In this document: in pieces, positions 43,695 through 45,438 of the stretch
Numbering within the stretch: the first letter of the stretch is position 1
Layout: each line of letters begins with the position of its first letter
From: Chthonomonadales bacterium
GTDB lineage: Bacteria > Armatimonadota > Chthonomonadetes > Chthonomonadales > CAJBBX01
Direction of reading: 5' to 3'
Length of the DNA stretch: 45,438 nt
Assembly: GCA_049967475.1 (NCBI GenBank)
Contig: JBMFSQ010000028.1
Coordinates: 1 to 45,438 of the forward strand
Notes under the pieces: model-generated
What the model was told of the DNA's origin: nothing
What the model saw: only the letters and a program-made list of their open reading frames with translations
The model's database searches: none
Translations under genes and position numbers: made by a program

Positions 43695-45438
43695 ATGACG
43701 CTGTGGTTGGGGGCGAATGATTATGCGCCCACACTCCTATTCCTTGCCGCTGCAGTTATGGCGGTGCCCGCTGTTCGTGCGGACACAGATGCCAACCTCC
43801 TGACCTTGTGGTACCGAAGGCCGGCCAGGGAATGGACGGAAGCTCTCCCCCTGGGAAACGGCCGCCTGGGGTGTATGGTTTTCGGAGCGGTTCCCGTAGA
43901 ACGCATCCAGCTCAACGAGAAAAGCCTTTGGTCCGGCAGTCCCCAGGATGCGGATAACCCCGACGCATTCCAGCATCTAGCCGAGATCCGCCGCCTCCTC
44001 TTTGCCGGTAAGTACGTTCAGGCACAAGAGCTTACCTATCGTACCATGGTATGCAGAGGGCCGGGAAGCGGAGGCGGCCAGGGCGCCAGGGTGCGCTATG
44101 GGTCTTACCAAACGCTGGGAGACCTATGGCTAACGTTCTCCGGCCAGGATGAAATCGAGGACTACCGGCGCGACCTTGACCTCCGGTCCGCTTTGGCTAC
44201 GGTCACCTACCGGAGCCAGGGCGTGCATTACCGCAGAGACGTGTTCGTGTCTGCTCCTGCCGGGGTCATCGTAGTGCACATCGCAGCAGACAAGCCTGGC
44301 GCAGTGTCCTTTGTTGCGCGCCTGACCCGTCCGGAAGCATCCGTGGTGCATGCAGGCGTGTCCGGAGAGCTGGTGATGGAAGGGCAGCTTTACGATGGCG
44401 ATCCTTCGCATTCTGACGGCGGGGGAATGCGGTATATTGCCGTGCTCCGCGCTGCGACCGAGGGCGGCCGGGTCATGGTGGCGCCGGACGGGCTCCATGT
44501 AGACGGCGCTACTTCGGTGACGCTTGTACTGGGTGCCAGGACCGATTACCGTGAACCACGTTATCAGGATCTTGCGGAAACCGAGGTGCGCCGGGCGGCG
44601 GCCCAGCCTTACCAATCGCTCCTGAACGAGCATATAGCGGATTACCGGCGGTATTTCGACCGCGTGGATCTTCGGTTGGGCCCGGCCGGTCTTGCAGGCG
44701 ACACGCCGGATGAATTGCCTACGGACCAGCGGTTGGCGGCGGTGCGCAGCGGCGTCAATGATCCCGGGCTGGCTGCCCTCTACTTTCAGTTCGGCCGGTA
44801 CCTGCTCATCAGCTCCTCGAGGCCGGGAGGGCTTCCCGCCAACCTGCAGGGGCTGTGGGCCGACACCATCCAAACGCCCTGGAACGGCGACTACCACACC
44901 AACATCAACGTGCAGATGAACTATTGGCCGGCTGAGGTTACAAATCTGGCGGAATGCCATGGCCCTCTCTTCGATCTGATCGAGGCGCTGCGGGCGCCCG
45001 GCAGGAAAACCGCCAAAATCCATTACAACGCCCGCGGGTGGGTGGTTCACACCATCACCAACGTATGGGGCTTCACTTCGCCAGGCGAACATCCTTCGTG
45101 GGGCCAGTTTCCAGCGGCGGCTGCCTGGCTCTGCCAGCACATCTGGGAACACTACGCCTTCAGCGGCGACCGGCGCTTCCTGGCGCGGGAGTACCCTGCA
45201 ATGAAGGAGGCCGCCGAGTTCTATCTGGACTTCCTCGTCCCCGAGCCGGAGCACGGATGGCTTGTTACGGCGCCTTCCAATTCGCCCGAGAACTCCTTCC
45301 GCACAGCGGACGGTCAGGTTGCATCGGTCTGCTATGGGCCCACCATGGATTTGGAGATTATCCACGACCTCTTCACGCATTGTATACAGGCTGAGGAGGT
45401 GTTGGGGATAGATCGGGAGTTTCAGAAGCGGCTTCGGG
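43695..45438 (+). CDS. GH95 alpha-L-fucosidase-like glycoside hydrolase (3' end runs off the window; absent from the ORF track)
   Basis: Hand translation: MTLWLG...LWYRRPAREWTEALPLGNGRLGCMVFG; later, in the same frame, YFQFGRYLLISSSRPGGLPANLQGLW...WNGDYHTNINVQMNYW; GGGAGA RBS. Confidence 0.92.
   Translation, partial: MTLWLGANDYAPTLLFLAAAVMAVPAVRADTDANLLTLWYRRPAREWTEALPLGNGRLGCMVFGAVPVERIQLNEKSLWSGSPQDADNPDAFQHLAEIRRLLFAGKYVQAQELTYRTMVCRGPGSGGGQGARVRYGSYQTLGDLWLTFSGQDEIEDYRRDLDLRSALATVTYRSQGVHYRRDVFVSAPAGVIVVHIAADKPGAVSFVARLTRPEASVVHAGVSGELVMEGQLYDGDPSHSDGGGMRYIAVLRAATEGGRVMVAPDGLHVDGATSVTLVLGARTDYREPRYQDLAETEVRRAAAQPYQSLLNEHIADYRRYFDRVDLRLGPAGLAGDTPDELPTDQRLAAVRSGVNDPGLAALYFQFGRYLLISSSRPGGLPANLQGLWADTIQTPWNGDYHTNINVQMNYWPAEVTNLAECHGPLFDLIEALRAPGRKTAKIHYNARGWVVHTITNVWGFTSPGEHPSWGQFPAAAAWLCQHIWEHYAFSGDRRFLAREYPAMKEAAEFYLDFLVPEPEHGWLVTAPSNSPENSFRTADGQVASVCYGPTMDLEIIHDLFTHCIQAEEVLGIDREFQKRLR

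Noticed and set aside
1..45438. tRNA/rRNA genes, IS elements, integrases, prophage or defence systems
   Set aside because: No such motifs were recognised by eye; tRNAscan, Rfam and ISEScan would be needed to exclude them formally

Overview
A 45.4-kb, GC-rich, gene-dense bacterial chromosome segment. The gene content suggests Armatimonadota, which is an inference from the prepilin/H-X9-DG DUF1559-type genes, the Tat-exported Gfo/Idh/MocA and TIM-barrel enzymes, and the solo LuxR HTH. It holds about 37 CDSs. Housekeeping genes include serC, pdxT, cdsA, ftcD, acyP, an RNB nuclease and PfkB, glycerate and DAG kinases. Carbohydrate-active genes include a GH18/deacetylase/GT2 fusion, a GxGYxYP protein, GH50 and a 3'-truncated GH95. 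I saw no rRNA, tRNA, CRISPR array, transposase or phage genes. Most notable: (1) two c-di-GMP-I riboswitch aptamers in tandem within a highly structured ~420-nt leader, with a visible anti-Shine-Dalgarno switch. They control a secreted S8 protease with a C-terminal NIIWG repeat tail, and a small stand-alone prodomain-like ORF lies upstream. (2) A LacI / small single-TM protein / 2x DUF1559 pilin-like locus whose two 282-aa genes share an apparently identical 833-bp block. The block ends almost exactly at the coding boundaries while the flanks are unrelated, which fits gene conversion, recent duplication or an assembly artefact. (3) A TonB-like Pro/Gly-rich membrane protein that ends in a vWA domain, next to an ExbB/MotA gene with no ExbD partner. 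All calls come from motif reading only; no database searches were run.
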